A stretch of DNA of 57,104 nucleotides, filler included, from Squatina squatina (lineage: Eukaryota), in the NCBI GenBank assembly GCA_031763465.1. It is 4 parts of 4 records of this genome, joined end to end, with 100 filler letters (N's around TTAATTAATTAA, not from the genome) between each part and the next. Parts side by side here need not be neighbours in the genome. Positions count along the whole stretch, not along the records: positions 1 to 13,436 come from JARFOE010000001.1; 3 more parts are not named here. One strand, given 5' to 3'. This document shows positions 1 through 12,767 of this stretch, in pieces. Below the pieces are notes generated by a model. That model did no database searches. It worked only from the letters and a program-made list of their open reading frames with translations, and was not told the origin of the DNA. Within the stretch, counting starts at the first letter, position 1. The number at the start of each line of letters is the position of its first letter. The translations under genes and the position numbers were made by a program.

Positions 1-562
1 AAGGCCGGATTTAATCCAAAATACTTACATAAGGAGCGAGTGCTTGGAACCCTGTTTTTTTCTTTTTATGGTGCTCTGCTGTTAGCAGAATGAGACCTAC
101 CAGTACTGTGCATTCCATGCATACCTGCAGCCATCAAATGAACTGCAGGAGTACAGAATTTACACAACGCATACCGTGTTGGCAGGTTAAAACCTTGCAA
201 TAAACTTCAGCTCACATAAATGTCTCTGTTCCAATAATAATCAATATCGAGTGTGCAAACTGCACAGCATGTATTTCTAAAATCCTATGTGTAACTTGCC
301 AGATACAAAAGGATCTTCTCAAATAAAATGCAGATACGTCACAGACATCATTAAATCAACCATCACATCATTCTTGAGCATAATTCTTTATTAAACAGCA
401 TGTAAAAATCAATTGGCCTGCAAAAAGTAACGTTTTGTCAATACTAAAAGTTAGCATAATTATATTATTTTTAAAACTTACTAGAGCTGCAGTAAAATGG
501 GTAAAAACTATTCCGGTTGTTAAAATATAGTTTATGTACTCAATAAGAAATAAGACTCTTAC

Positions 563-633
563 CTCAGCTGGTGTTCCCTCAAGTTGGACAATGCTTCCAT
601 TCCATGAAGATAAGAATAAACAATTTCCAAATC
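563..633 (-). CDS. RAPGEF2: RAPGEF2 (PDZ-GEF1) coding exon 2, long N-terminal isoform
   Basis: 71-nt exon bounded by tttgcag| and |gtaaga, translating DLEIVYSYLHGMEALSNLREHQL(R), which matches vertebrate RAPGEF2 (RAPGEF6 reads DLNTIYSYLHGMEIL). Co-oriented with and downstream of FNIP2, as in other vertebrates. Confidence 0.93.
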
Positions 634-1149
634 CTGCAAAATCAATTGATAAAAATGATTCATCAGTCAGGTAATATTACCTTGTCAAAAATTCAGTTTC
701 AGCGAATTATGAAAAGGATCAAGTCTTGGACTCATTTTTATTCACAAAGTCTTGAAATGAAAGGCTCGCACTTTGGAAAATATATGGAAACAGGAAATTG
801 CCATTTGGTCATTTTGGGTTACCCTCAAGCCCAAATTCCTCAATATTCCTCTATTTCCAGAAACCAATCTAATTGTCTTTTGAACCCATTTATACTATTG
901 GCTTCAATATTGTTCCTTGGTACCTATTCTATGTTTATTTCCATTCGTGCAAAATAATTTTATCAAAATTCCCAATTTTTAAAAAAAATGTCCTATTTTG
1001 TGAATCATTTTGATAACCTCTTCATAACTTTGAAATATTCTACCTTGGAGTTTTCCCTTTTTCAATGAAAAAGTCCAACTTCATGAACCTTGGCTCATAC
1101 CTTATATTCCCAATGCCTTGTATCATTAGCCTTAATTACCTATGCTTTC

Positions 1150-1661
1150 AAGGTTCAAAGACTTGGTATGCTGTGTACAGTTCTGGTTGCTGTATTATAA
1201 GAAGGATATAGAGGCACTGGAGAGGGTGCAAAAAATATTTACAAGGATAATACTGAATGTTATAGCCATCAGGAAAGGATGCACAGTCTGGGTCTCTTAA
1301 GACTGAGGGGTGACCAAATAGCAGTCTTGAAAATTATGGAAGGTTTTGATAGAGTAGACACTTTTTGATAAAGTGTTTCCACTTTTGGGGAAAGAGCAGA
1401 ACCAGAGGCCATGAATATAAGATAATCATCAAGAAATCAAATAGGGAATTCAGAAGAAACTTCTTTACCCAGAGAGTGGTGAGTATTTGAGACGTAGAGA
1501 AGCATTTAAGGAGAAGCTAGATAAGAATATGAGGAAAAGGGGAACAGGGTTATGTTGATATAGTTGGATAAGGAAGGATGGGAGGAGGCTCAAGTGGAGC
1601 ACAAACATTGGCATAGACTGGTTGGGCCAACTGGCCTGTTTCTGTGCTGCATATTCTATGC
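1150..1661 (+). mobile_element. CR1 LINE 3' fragment (ORF2 C-terminus plus 3' tail), degenerate
   Basis: Decayed coding for CVQFW..YKKDIEALERVQKIFTRII, followed by a typical CR1 tail ending ctgtgctgcatattctatg. Confidence 0.85.
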
Positions 1662-1809
1662 ATAATAAATCTATACTCCACAATTCACATAGGANNNNNN
1701 NNNNNNNNNNNNNNNNNNNNNNNNNNNNNNNNNNNNNNNNNNNNNNNNNNNNNNNNNNNNNNNNNNNNNNNNNNNNNNNNNNNNNNNNNNNNNNCTCGGT
1801 AAGAATGTT

Positions 1810-1945
1810 CCAGATTCACAACTTGACCTGTGTTGTTAGATGATCTCTTCATGAGCAACATTTGGATTCTACAATTGGCCTCAATCTCACCACAGGTCCC
1901 TCAGGTTAGAGAAGGGGAAAGGGACCAAGGTTCGTGCTCACGGCC
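1810..1945 (+). mobile_element. Ancient SINE fragment
   Basis: Shares motifs (ctgtgttgttagatgatctc, ctacaattggcctca, agaaggggaaa..ccaaggttc) with the SINE-like copies at about 26855 and 30830. Confidence 0.45.
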
Positions 1946-2143
1946 ACTAACTCCTACTGCAAGTGCCTGTATGAGGTAAAGAAAACATAAAGAATGGCCA
2001 CATGGACAAGGTATCCATAAAATACCATACACCTCCACGAGAAAAGGAAGAGGAAAGAAAACTGGCATCAAAATGAAGAATAAATTCAGATTTCCCTGTT
2101 TTAACTTCTGTTTCTCGCCACCCCTCAATCAGGACTTGGCTTT

Positions 2144-2290
2144 ACATAAGAACATGAGAGATAGGAGCAGGAGTAGGCCATATGGCCCTTGAGTCAGCTC
2201 CGCCATGCTGTAAAATCATGGCTGATCTTCAACCTCAATTCCACCTTCCTGCCCTGATCCCCATATCTCTTAATTCCTCTAGAATCCAAA
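2144..2290 (-). mobile_element. CR1 LINE 3' tail
   Basis: acataagaacatgagagataggagcaggagtaggccat... is approximately the reverse complement of the CR1 tail at 37922-38040. Confidence 0.8.
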
Positions 2291-5200
2291 TAAATGTTGC
2301 TTTGTGACCTTGTGCTGCGATGAACAGAAGATAACCTCGGTGGCCTGTCCACTTCCAGATTTTTTCATCCTCCTTGAGAAGAACAGTGAGACCAAGTTAG
2401 CCCCACAATGGCATGACTGGAGATGAAAGTTCACAACCAAGTCAACCCGCTGCAGCAGAAAAGCCTAAATTGCATTGATAAATGACTATCTAAGTCAAAC
2501 AGATTACAATACTCCAGGGTGACATTGATGATGGACCAACCAACCCAACTCTCTGATAGAACCTCGAGGCAGAGCCTTGTTACGGTGGCTGGGATTCTTT
2601 CGTGTCCACTCCAGGTAATAGATCGAGTTCTTATAGCTACACAAGTAATGAAAAGGTCTGTATTTGTAAGCAGCGAAGCTCAAGCCTGGTTAAACTCCAG
2701 CAGCAACCCAGAGACATCTCAGGGACCCCAAGAACTGCCTCTGCAAACCTGTGTCTAAGCTCTCTGAGCTTGTGTACATGGGGTGTATCCCTACCGGGAG
2801 AGTGTGTGTCCTCCGTAAACAGAAACTCTACAGTTGTATATTTCATATTGGCTTGATCGGAGACCTTTAAACATGATGGATTTCAGAGTGTTAGATACCG
2901 AAGTTGAGAAAAAAAAAATCAGTGAAAAAGTGCCCTCAAAACAAATAAGGTTTTACTTTCCATCCAATGAACGGTCCACAGAATTGTGAATAAAAATTTC
3001 TAATTAGAATAAATACCCGCAATACTGAATCGTGCAACTTACAACTGTAATCAGAAAAGCAACAGAACATTCTGAAAAACAAATAGAAGCCTATTTTGCC
3101 AAGATGATGTTATACATCTCTCACTCCCCAATTAAAATCACATACTGATACAGTCAGAAGTACATCTGTTGTGTCAACTTAAAGTTAAAAACATCAACTT
3201 TTCTAAAATGACAATCTCTACTCATTATATTTTGATTTTACAGATACTGCACAAACATTCCCCAGGAAAAAGTCATTACAGGGGAATCAAATTTGTTTCG
3301 TCAAAATTCTAATCCATTAAAAAGGTATCATTCTTGAAATATGACCAATATTATCTGTTTTGAATGTGTCTTCAGCAATCGTTTGTCCTTCAGGTGATGT
3401 CAATGAGCAAAATTGGCTAAAGAAAAAAACCAAGGGAAAAAAAGGAAAGTAGGAGCAGAGACACTCGTGTTTTTTTTAAATCAGAGGACAAAAAGACAAT
3501 ACCATTTANNNNNNNNNNNNNNNNNNNNNNNNNNNNNNNNNNNNNNNNNNNNNNNNNNNNNNNNNNNNNNNNNNNNNNNNNNNNNNNNNNNNNNNNNNNN
3601 NNNNNNNNNNNNNNNNNNNNNNNNNNNNNNNNNNNNNNNNNNNNNNNNNNNNNNNNNNNNNNNNNNNNNNNNNNNNNNNNNNNNNNNNNNNNNNNNNNNN
3701 NNNNNNNNNNNNNNNNNNNNNNNNNNNNNNNNNNNNNNNNNNNNNNNNNNNNNNNNNNNNNNNNNNNNNNNNNNNNNNNNNNNNNNNNNNNNNNNNNNNN
3801 NNNNNNNNNNNNNNNNNNNNNNNNNNNNNNNNNNNNNNNNNNNNNNNNNNNNNNNNNNNNNNNNNNNNNNNNNNNNNNNNNNNNNNNNNNNNNNNNNNNN
3901 NNNNNNNNNNNNNNNNNNNNNNNNNNNNNNNNNNNNNNNNNNNNNNNNNNNNNNNNNNNNNNNNNNNNNNNNNNNNNNNNNNNNNNNNNNNNNNNNNNNN
4001 NNNNNNNNNNNNNNNNNNNNNNNNNNNNNNNNNNNNNNNNNNNNNNNNNNNNNNNNNNNNNNNNNNNNNNNNNNNNNNNNNNNNNNNNNNNNNNNNNNNN
4101 NNNNNNNNNNNNNNNNNNNNNNNNNNNNNNNNNNNNNNNNNNNNNNNNNNNNNNNNNNNNNNNNNNNNNNNNNNNNNNNNNNNNNNNNNNNNNNNNNNNN
4201 NNNNNNNNNNNNNNNNNNNNNNNNNNNNNNNNNNNNNNNNNNNNNNNNNNNNNNNNNNNNNNNNNNNNNNNNNNNNNNNNNNNNNNNNNNNNNNNNNNNN
4301 NNNNNNNNNNNNNNNNNNNNNNNNNNNNNNNNNNNNNNNNNNNNNNNNNNNNNNNNNNNNNNNNNNNNNNNNNNNNNNNNNNNNNNNNNNNNNNNNNNNN
4401 NNNNNNNNNNNNNNNNNNNNNNNNNNNNNNNNNNNNNNNNNNNNNNNNNNNNNNNNNNNNNNNNNNNNCATAAATTCTATTTTAATCAAAAAAGGCACCG
4501 ATTTAAGTGTGTGTTTAGAACATCAATATATTGCTACACTGAATTAGTCTCAGATCAATTAGATTACATTTTGTATCTGACACATATGCACGTCACACTT
4601 CGCCAGCTGATAAGCCAAGACTAAAAATACTTTTCATTAACATAATGATGTCAGCAATCTTCTATAAAAATCTGCTCAGTCTGATGAACCTGGTAACTCA
4701 CTAAAAAGCTGACTGAAGTGCATTTTTCACAAATTATCACTATAGTTCCAAATTATGAACAACCTTGAAGAAGGTATTATTCTGCAGTTTGCACAGCAAG
4801 GGTATAAAGATTATTCCATACAAAATGAAGAATATTCCACATTTGATTTGAAATGATTTCTGCAAGCTTCAAATAAACAAAATGATGGACTGTCAGTAGT
4901 GATTTGCCAAGATGAATTTTTATATTTTATTCTTGACTATATTCATGCATTAGCACAGTCAGATGGATATCTAGTTTCCAAATGCCAGCTCAATTAGAAA
5001 TATCAACATTTTTTTAAAAAAAAGACAATCTCTACTGTATTTTGCTTTTATAAGCTATGCTACTTTTCAGAAGGCTTTGATGTTTTTCTGATTAGAGTGA
5101 AATCTGTAAAGATTCAGACTGTATCAAAGCAGGAGAGTAAAAAGGGTAGATTATCAAAATACCCCAATACAATATCATAGTCTATTTTGAATTGGTTGAC

Positions 5201-6375
5201 CTCCTGTGGTCCAGGGAGTCAAGATGAAGTGTCTACCAGATGAAGAGGGGCTGGAGGATAGGAAATAATTGAACCAGGGCACACATATAATTCAGTGGCC
5301 ACTATGAAGTCATGCATTCTGTCCCCATTTTTATATAAAACTTTGTTTATACTTGGTTTAAAGTTAAAAAGAAAAATATGGAGTTTCTTTGCAGTACAGG
5401 CTGAGGAACTGAGAAATGTAAAACTGAGTCACTACAGCTCCACCATTGGCGGGAGGATCTAATTACAGTGTAACAACTTTACATAGACAGTTTCCATTAT
5501 AAATATAAATACTGGAATTTACAATGGAAAGTTGCCAGGAAGTGTGCGCAAATGTAAAGTTTTGAGAGAAATATGAACAGGTTGCATGTTCTTCGTTTCA
5601 ATAAAATTAAGTTTAAATAGTTTGAGTGCTGTACATATACCAACTGCAGACAGTGAGACTATTATGATAACACAATAAATTAATTTTACATTATGATTCA
5701 CAGGAATAATAGTTTGCAGTTGAGATACAAAATTAAGGATTTTACAGCTACTGTATATATTTTTCTAACTTTTATCACTTTGTTGCATGACATATGGTCA
5801 CCCTATTTAAAATATTTCTGAACATGCTGTCCATCAGCTGTCCTACCACTGTTCAAGCCTTATTGTAAACCACATTTACCCGAGCCAGAACACTACCTGC
5901 AGTCAAGTGAATGTCTTCTTCAAATGGCACATTACATTTATGCTAAAGTACTGGTTCAAATGGTGATAATCTTGTAAAGATTCAGTGACAGCATTTCATA
6001 GGATTAATAACCTTTAGCAAAGCATAATTCATGAAAAGGAGATTTTAAGTAATTCCCAGAGGTGTCCTTGTAACTGCTAGACAAGTGAGTTTGTCAGATA
6101 CTCCTTTCTTGTTCACAAAATGTGCAGTTTTTATACATATAGGTACTTGATCACCAAAACATCACTGACAAATGGCTGAACTATGGCACGCAAGTTGGTC
6201 AAGCTTACCACCACTGCAGCACAAGAACATGAAAAAATTGGTTCCTCTAAAATATGACAATGGTAAAAGGCATTTNNNNNNNNNNNNNNNNNNNNNNNNN
6301 NNNNNNNNNNNNNNNNNNNNNNNNNNNNNNNNNNNNNNNNNNNNNNNNNNNNNNNNNNNNNNNNNNNNNNNNNNN

Positions 6376-6645
6376 TGAGGTCACAGATTCAAAATCATTG
6401 GAAAAAGATCTAGAGGGGAGATGAGAATTTTTTCACTGACTTGTCCAGTGGATTTAAAACCTGAAAAGGTGGTGAAAGCTGATTCCACAAATAATTTTGA
6501 AAGGGAGTTGGACAGGTGCTTGAGGATGAGGAATCTACAGTGTTATGGGCAAAAAGCGGGTATGTGGGACGAAGCACGACTGCTCTTTCAGGCACGACGG
6601 GCTGAATGGCCCCCTTCTGTGCTGTACATTTCTTTGATTCTATGT
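6376..6645 (+). mobile_element. CR1 LINE 3' end
   Basis: Decayed LPEKVVKADS..FERELD coding followed by gggctgaatggcccccttctgtgctgtac-type tail. Confidence 0.75.
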
Positions 6646-7210
6646 GTCATGTTTAAATATATTTTTAGAATTAAGTTTTCCTACCAAAAGTTTTTGGTGG
6701 CAGTATGGTTTTGTTTGGTTGGATATTTTTTATTTAACTAAGTAAATATTGATACACAGATATTTTGTATTTGGGGCTATGTGATTGGTGTGTTTCTTCA
6801 TATAAAGTTGTACAAAAATGATTGACCGTTGGTTTTGTTATCGAATTATGTGTAAACGGCGAACCTATGCCTTTAGCCAGATAGCACTTGCATTAACTTG
6901 GTGACTGTTGGTTTAGTAGCAAACATAGCCAAAGCATTGAACTCTTCAACCAATGCGAAGTACACTGACTTCTGTGTTCCTTAGCCATTCTTTTTTTCCC
7001 TGCCCCCTTACGGTACTACAATAAGTCATCGAAGCAAAATTAACTTCAACAGCTGTTCTCTTATTATAGTTGTACAATGTATTGCCACCTTTATCTGCTA
7101 GCCATTGGCANNNNNNNNNNNNNNNNNNNNNNNNNNNNNNNNNNNNNNNNNNNNNNNNNNNNNNNNNNNNNNNNNNNNNNNNNNNNNNNNNNNNNNNNNN
7201 NNNNNNNNNN

Positions 7211-7594
7211 CATTCCACCTGTGAGTGGTTCGTCCATTTTTCTGGTTCTTTTTCTCCGGTAAAAGTTCATAATCAAAAGCACTGTACACCTCCTACTCCT
7301 CCTGAACTGACCTAAGCAGTGGCTGTGCGTGGGAGAAGTGCAGCTTTAAGCAATGAAGTGGGCTGTTAGGTAGGTGGAAGCAGTTAAGCCAACTGAGGAA
7401 TTAGCATGCTGAAGCTGACCACGAAAAGCTCAGTTAAGTGTGGGCCCTTTCACGTTAACGTTTGCATGTGCTTGAACGCTCCAACTCTAAAGTGGCTAAT
7501 TGCAGGGTTCAAGACCAATTTTGAAAGAGGCCACTTTCCAGCGCGAAATTCGGCGCTTAGCACTACAAACGCAAAGAAGCCGAATTGGGCGCCC
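7211..7594. mobile_element. Non-autonomous DNA transposon (MITE), right end, TIR cgaattgggcgccc
   Basis: Terminus cgaattgggcgccc|ta matches cgaattggccgccc|tt at 50286-50299 and the inverted gggtggccaattcg at 54763-54776. Confidence 0.6.
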
Positions 7595-7599
7595 TATAT

Positions 7600-8310
7600 C
7601 TTTAATCATCCAGGGAGCTCTACCTTTGAATGCCCTTCCATTCCCCTCATAGTGATGTGTCTACTACGCACCCGAACTATCTCCTCTTTGAAGGTCTCCC
7701 ATTGTTCAATTACTGTTTTGCCTGCCAATTTTTGATTCCAATCCACCTGGGCCAGATCCCTTTTTAGCTCACTGAAATTAGACTTCCTCCAGTTAAATAT
7801 TTTTACACTTGACTGTTCCCTCCATAACTATTCTAAACCTGATAATATTATAATCACTGTTCCACAAATGCTGTCCCACTGAAACATGGTCCATTTCATT
7901 TGACAGAACTAGATCCAGCATTTCCTTCCTTGTTGGGCTGGAAACACACTGATCAAGCAAGTTCTCTTGTACACATTTCAAGAATTCTTTGTCCTTGACA
8001 CAGTTACTATCCCAGTCTCTATTAGGGTAATTGAAGTCCCCCATTATCATTACTCTATAATTCTTGCATCTTTCTATAATTTGACTTCAAATTTGCTCTT
8101 CTAACTCTTTCCTACTATTTGGTTGGTCTCAGCTCTGTTGAGGTGCAACCCATCCATCTTGAAAAGGCCCCTGCTGCCCCAGAACAGATCCCAATGCCCA
8201 AGGAATCAGAAGCCCTTCTTCCTGCCCCCTTTCTCCGGCCACACATTAACCTGTTTTATCCTACTATTCCAATACTCACCAGCACGTGGCACTGGGAGTA
8301 ATCCAGAGAT
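7600..8310 (-). mobile_element. CR1 LINE fragment (ORF1 remnant plus APE endonuclease)
   Basis: ORF 7793-8050 contains IMGDFNYPNRDWD...FLKCVQENLLDQCVSSPTR..LDLVLSNE..SDYNII, an AP-endonuclease signature. Confidence 0.85.
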
Positions 8311-10773
8311 TCCTACCTATAAGAATTATGCATCAGATTTGGAGCTGCAATGTGCAGCACCACCAAGTGGCAGAGTGTGGAATCAAATATTTTGACTTTT
8401 TTTTTAAAAAACTGTTGATGATTTGAGTACATTTATTATAGTATACCTTTGTAAAACTATTCCACAAACAGTTAATTTGTAAAACTATCCCAAAACAGTT
8501 AATACTTATCAAAACATGGTTTGAGGATAGTGTAGGCAAAAAGAAACATTACCGTGTCAATGTTTCTACCCATTGCTGAACTCTGATTCCCTGCAGTCAC
8601 TGTGTTGTCTGGGAATGAAGACTGGCTTTAATAATAGTTGAGGAGAAGAAATGCAAAGTAGAACAAGGTAGCAATGAGGNNNNNNNNNNNNNNNNNNNNN
8701 NNNNNNNNNNNNNNNNNNNNNNNNNNNNNNNNNNNNNNNNNNNNNNNNNNNNNNNNNNNNNNNNNNNNNNNNNNNNNNNTAGTAAACTGGTAAATGCTAT
8801 AGCTCTTATTTTTTGCTGTGCTTTTTTTTTGCTGGATAGTACAGTATCCAAGCGATTCAAAAATGTAAAATCGATAGATGTAATTTCAAATTCTTCTGAA
8901 TAGGAATGCTATGTATAATTTTTGTAATACTCAATTATGCACCAGTTAAGGCAACTGTTGAAGTGACAAGTCAAAAACACTACAGAAGCGAGCATTCAAG
9001 ATGGCATTAGAGCCTGGTCTGTTTTTAGAGAGGTCTGTTTTGTGTGAAATACATGCTTTACAACCACTTTTAGTGTTTGATGATTTCGCCAGACTTTATT
9101 AAGTTATGTTAAAAAAAATCTGAAGCACTAATCATTATGCACGGAAATGTATCCCAGAAATTGTCTGAAAGGTGATTGAACATTTGCAGTTTATAGGATC
9201 ACCATCACATAGAAAGCTTACTGAATGCACACTGCATCACTGATCAGGTCATTATTCTGAGCAAAAGTTGTGTTGAAGTTTTCCAACTCAGTGCCATCCA
9301 ATGCTCTCAGTTTGATTTTTTTTTGTCCCTTCTGGACAATGGCTGTTCTGAGGTTTTAGCTTATAAGAGTATCTGGGCAACATATGGAGAATGAGTACTT
9401 GCTACAGCAGCCAGCAGAGGCAAGTCATTTGATTCAATCCTGTATATAAAAAAAAAAGTGGAATTGGTAAGTTGTGGTAAACATTTAGTATATAAAAATC
9501 TATACTGCAAGCCAAAAGAAAATGCACCATTTCAAAGCATGTGTAGCAATTAAAGCTTCATGGAATTACATCTCAAATGGCCTCAAATGACAATTACACA
9601 AAAGCTACCTCGAGGGGGCAGTTTTCCCCAAATCAACCAGTTTGTAAACAGAAGGAGGCAAACCAATCACATGGCTCATGTGTACTACTCAAACAGAAGT
9701 ACAGAAGACTTTTGCGAGACTGCAGAAATCCTTGTGGGCCAGTGAGGCCAATTGGAGGCCTAACCAAGTGCAAACCTAACCAGAAAATCTTTCCATATTC
9801 TATTTTCATGCACCATATGTGGGATCATATATTTGGAACAGTTTTAATTGAATTATTTTGCTGAACTCAAGTCATAGTTGGCTTTTCTCTCAAGACTGTG
9901 AAGGCATAAATTAATATTTTTTCAAGGAACAGGTTTTGGGACCATTTAAACTCATTGTGGACTTGGAAAAAATATAACTAGATATGTATATTAAAAACAA
10001 AAGGATAGGAACAAAATTCTCCCATCAAACATCAGCCCAGAAACAAACCTGTTACCACATCAGCTCCACAGACTTCAGCATATGGAATAATCACACTATA
10101 AAGTTCAACATTGTCTCTGCAATGGGCTGAAATTTGTGAAGCAACCGACAAAGCTTTTTTCATTACACAAAAATAGCAAAGTACCAGAATTTGATAATAG
10201 AAAATAGGAGGAGTGGGCCATTNNNNNNNNNNNNNNNNNNNNNNNNNNNNNNNNNNNNNNNNNNNNNNNNNNNNNNNNNNNNNNNNNNNNNNNNNNNNNN
10301 NNNNNNNNNNNNNNNNNNNNNNCCACTCTTTATAATAAAATGCAAACACTTCAGACCTTCTTTCCTTTTCCTTCATCAAGGTAAGGAATGATTGTTTTGG
10401 CTACTTCAGGCACCCAGTGTTAGCATCAAGCACACTCAGGTTAGGTATTGCATAGCAAAGCGGCTTCTTCTCTGCTCCAAAGAAGAACATTTTTAAATTT
10501 CCAACACAGCCATCCAATTTGATTGAAATTGTTGGTTCAATGTCAAATTAGGGACAGTTTGTGTTGTAGGCCCACGACCATTAGGAAATTAATTAAAGGC
10601 TGCCCAGACTCACTTTGCATAGGATCCTCACAGCCAAGAGAGGAGATGACTTTGGCTGTCTAATTGGTCTGTTTTAGTGCCGTGGTAGCGGTGAAAAGCT
10701 AAAGCAGCATTGGGGGAATTTTTTTTTTTCCCATTCATATATTTTGTAACCATGCTTTTATAAATGATCTTGC

Positions 10774-11400
10774 CTTGGTGTTGGAAGTTCAAACTCCTCC
10801 ATGTCATCATGTGTCTCATTACAACATTCCAGTCTTTGTGTCGGTGAATCGTGGGTTGCATCCTCATCATCACTGTCTCCAAGAGCGCTGTCAGAACTTT
10901 CATTCCTGGGAATGTCACAGTCTATCCTGAAGATCACTTTCTTCCCAGAATCCTCACCTTCCCCACAGAGGATGTCAGCAGGGGCTCTACTCCCACAGAC
11001 CTGGTCACCAGAACAAGTGTTAACTGATTCATGAGGCGTGGTTTCCAAAGTCCTCAGTATTTCAGCATTCTCTGTGCCATTTTCTCCACTTGAGGATCCA
11101 GATGATTTGACTGGTTCCTTTGCAATGGCGATACGAGCAACTTGGTTAGTTAGCTCATCTGCCGTGCTTGCTTCAGTACCATCATCCTCAGTAAAATATT
11201 TATCAAAGGTACTAGTACTTCCTTCACAGGAAGTAATTCTTACATAGCAATGGTTCTGCTTTGCCTGCACCCATTCTACAACCTCAGTTGTCTCCTGTTG
11301 GTTCTCGACAGGATGATCTACTCCATCTGTTTCAGAGCAGTTAACACCTTTCTGCATTTGATTATTATTATTGTTGTTTTCTCCACCTTGGTACTCCCTG
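10774..11400 (-). CDS. FNIP2: FNIP2 large internal exon, 3' part (5' part lies in the gap)
   Basis: [27 protein letters not shown]...EFELPTPR matches FNIP2 [27 protein letters not shown]...EVELPLPR. The exon appears to end at AG|GCAAGA. Confidence 0.9.
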
Positions 11401-11501
11401 NNNNNNNNNNNNNNNNNNNNNNNNNNNNNNNNNNNNNNNNNNNNNNNNNNNNNNNNNNNNNNNNNNNNNNNNNNNNNNNNNNNNNNNNNNNNNNNNNNNN
11501 T

Positions 11502-11700
11502 TGCTCCTGTACTCAAATCCTCTTGCAATGAAGGCCAACATACCATTTGCCTTCCTAACTGCTTGCTGCACCTGCCTATTTACTTTCATTGACTGGTGTA
11601 CAAGGACACCCCGGCCCCTTTGCACATCAACATTTCCCAATATATCACCCTTTAAATAAGACTCTGCCTTTCTGTTTTTCACACCCAAGTGAATAACTAA
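11502..11700 (-). mobile_element. CR1 LINE ORF2 fragment
   Basis: LGNVDVQRGRGVLVHQSMKVNRQVQQAVRKANGMLAFIARGFEYRS, from the CR1 RT C-terminal region. Confidence 0.88.
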
Positions 11701-11711
11701 ACATTACTTAC

Positions 11712-11881
11712 CAAGTTGCGCCCAGAGAGGATTGTACGGGTGCGATTTTCCCAACAAGTCAACATTCTGTGCTGCACGTTTCTCATAAAAGGCTTTTATA
11801 GGTGGATGGTCATTCGGCATAACGGTGGGAACCCAGGCTAGGTGATATGTGAGCACAGCTGTTAGCAAAGCTGACAGGAAT
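11712..11881 (-). CDS. FNIP2: FNIP2 internal exon
   Basis: 170-nt exon, ccccaattcag| to |gtaagt, translating [56 protein letters not shown](G). TYHLAW and HPPIKAF fit FNIP2 rather than FNIP1. Confidence 0.95.
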
Positions 11882-12767
11882 CTGAATTGGGGGGAAAAAA
11901 GTAAAAATATGCTTTTTTAAAAACTACCTGATCGCACCAGCAAATAAGCTTTTCTAACACTGGGATTGGTGAAAATGGAACAATGAATCACCAAACGACA
12001 CCTGGGATTAAGAGATTTCTAAGTTAAGAGACTGGGTAAACTGGAGTATAGCTCCTAGAGAAAAAAGGGTAAGCGAAGATTCACACAAGACTTTTTTTTT
12101 TTAAAATAGGGAATTTACAGGATGGATAAAGAGCGGCTTTTTCCTTTAATAGTGCACAGACCATAATATGAGAAAAACCTCTTTACACTCATAAGAGTTA
12201 TGAGAATGTAGAAAGTACTGCCCTGGAAGGTCAGATACAAAGTTAACTTATCGGTTTACTTACTTTGAGAAATACAGTGATTAAGGGTTATACAGAAACG
12301 GCACGGATTTGGAATTAAAAAGTTGCCATTGCTAACAAGTATGTTGGGGTAGATTCGAAAGGCCAACTCCTGTTCAGATTGTTGTGAACTCGAAAACTCT
12401 CCTTGACAAAAATTCTCAGCATTCATTCAGTCAAAAAAGAGTTAAATATTCTAGTTCGCTCCAATAGCAGAGAAAATCAAAATGCTTGAAACACACGGTG
12501 GGCTGTTTAGTATGAGACACAAAGATGGGTTTAGATACGACCAACGTTGTAACCAAAATAGGAATGGAGGACAGGAGTAACCAAAAATGAAGAACGTCCC
12601 TAGGTAGAGAGTAATGTGCCTGTGCATGTAGCTGTCGTCCATAGAAAATTTAATCGGCAAGTATCTACCACTGTTCGATTGAACTTTGGGCACTTTGCAG
12701 ATTCATTGGCATTATGAGTCAGCAAGTTTGAAGTTTATTTCAACATTCTACAGTACCATATACATAC

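Noticed and set aside
2519-2856. Three overlapping 69-84 aa ORFs
   Set aside because: No recognisable homology or convincing splice boundaries; probably RAPGEF2 intronic or upstream DNA.
3413-4624. Long ORFs in the supplied track that span N runs (also 15226-16074, 16897-17851 and most of 39649-40824)
   Set aside because: Their length comes from X residues; they are gap artefacts.
9560-9864. Two plus-strand ORFs (61 and 95 aa) where C4orf45 might lie
   Set aside because: No similarity to the C4orf45 sequence as I recall it, nor to any family I recognise.
4469-10222. Apparent absence of RAPGEF2 exon 1, C4orf45/SPMIP2 and the last FNIP2 exons
   Set aside because: The assembly is too gapped to infer gene loss; 100-N gaps are of unknown size.
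10613-10700. Strong minus-strand GTGAGT donor just downstream of the FNIP2 large exon
   Set aside because: All three frames between the plausible acceptor and this donor contain stops, and there is no FNIP2 homology.
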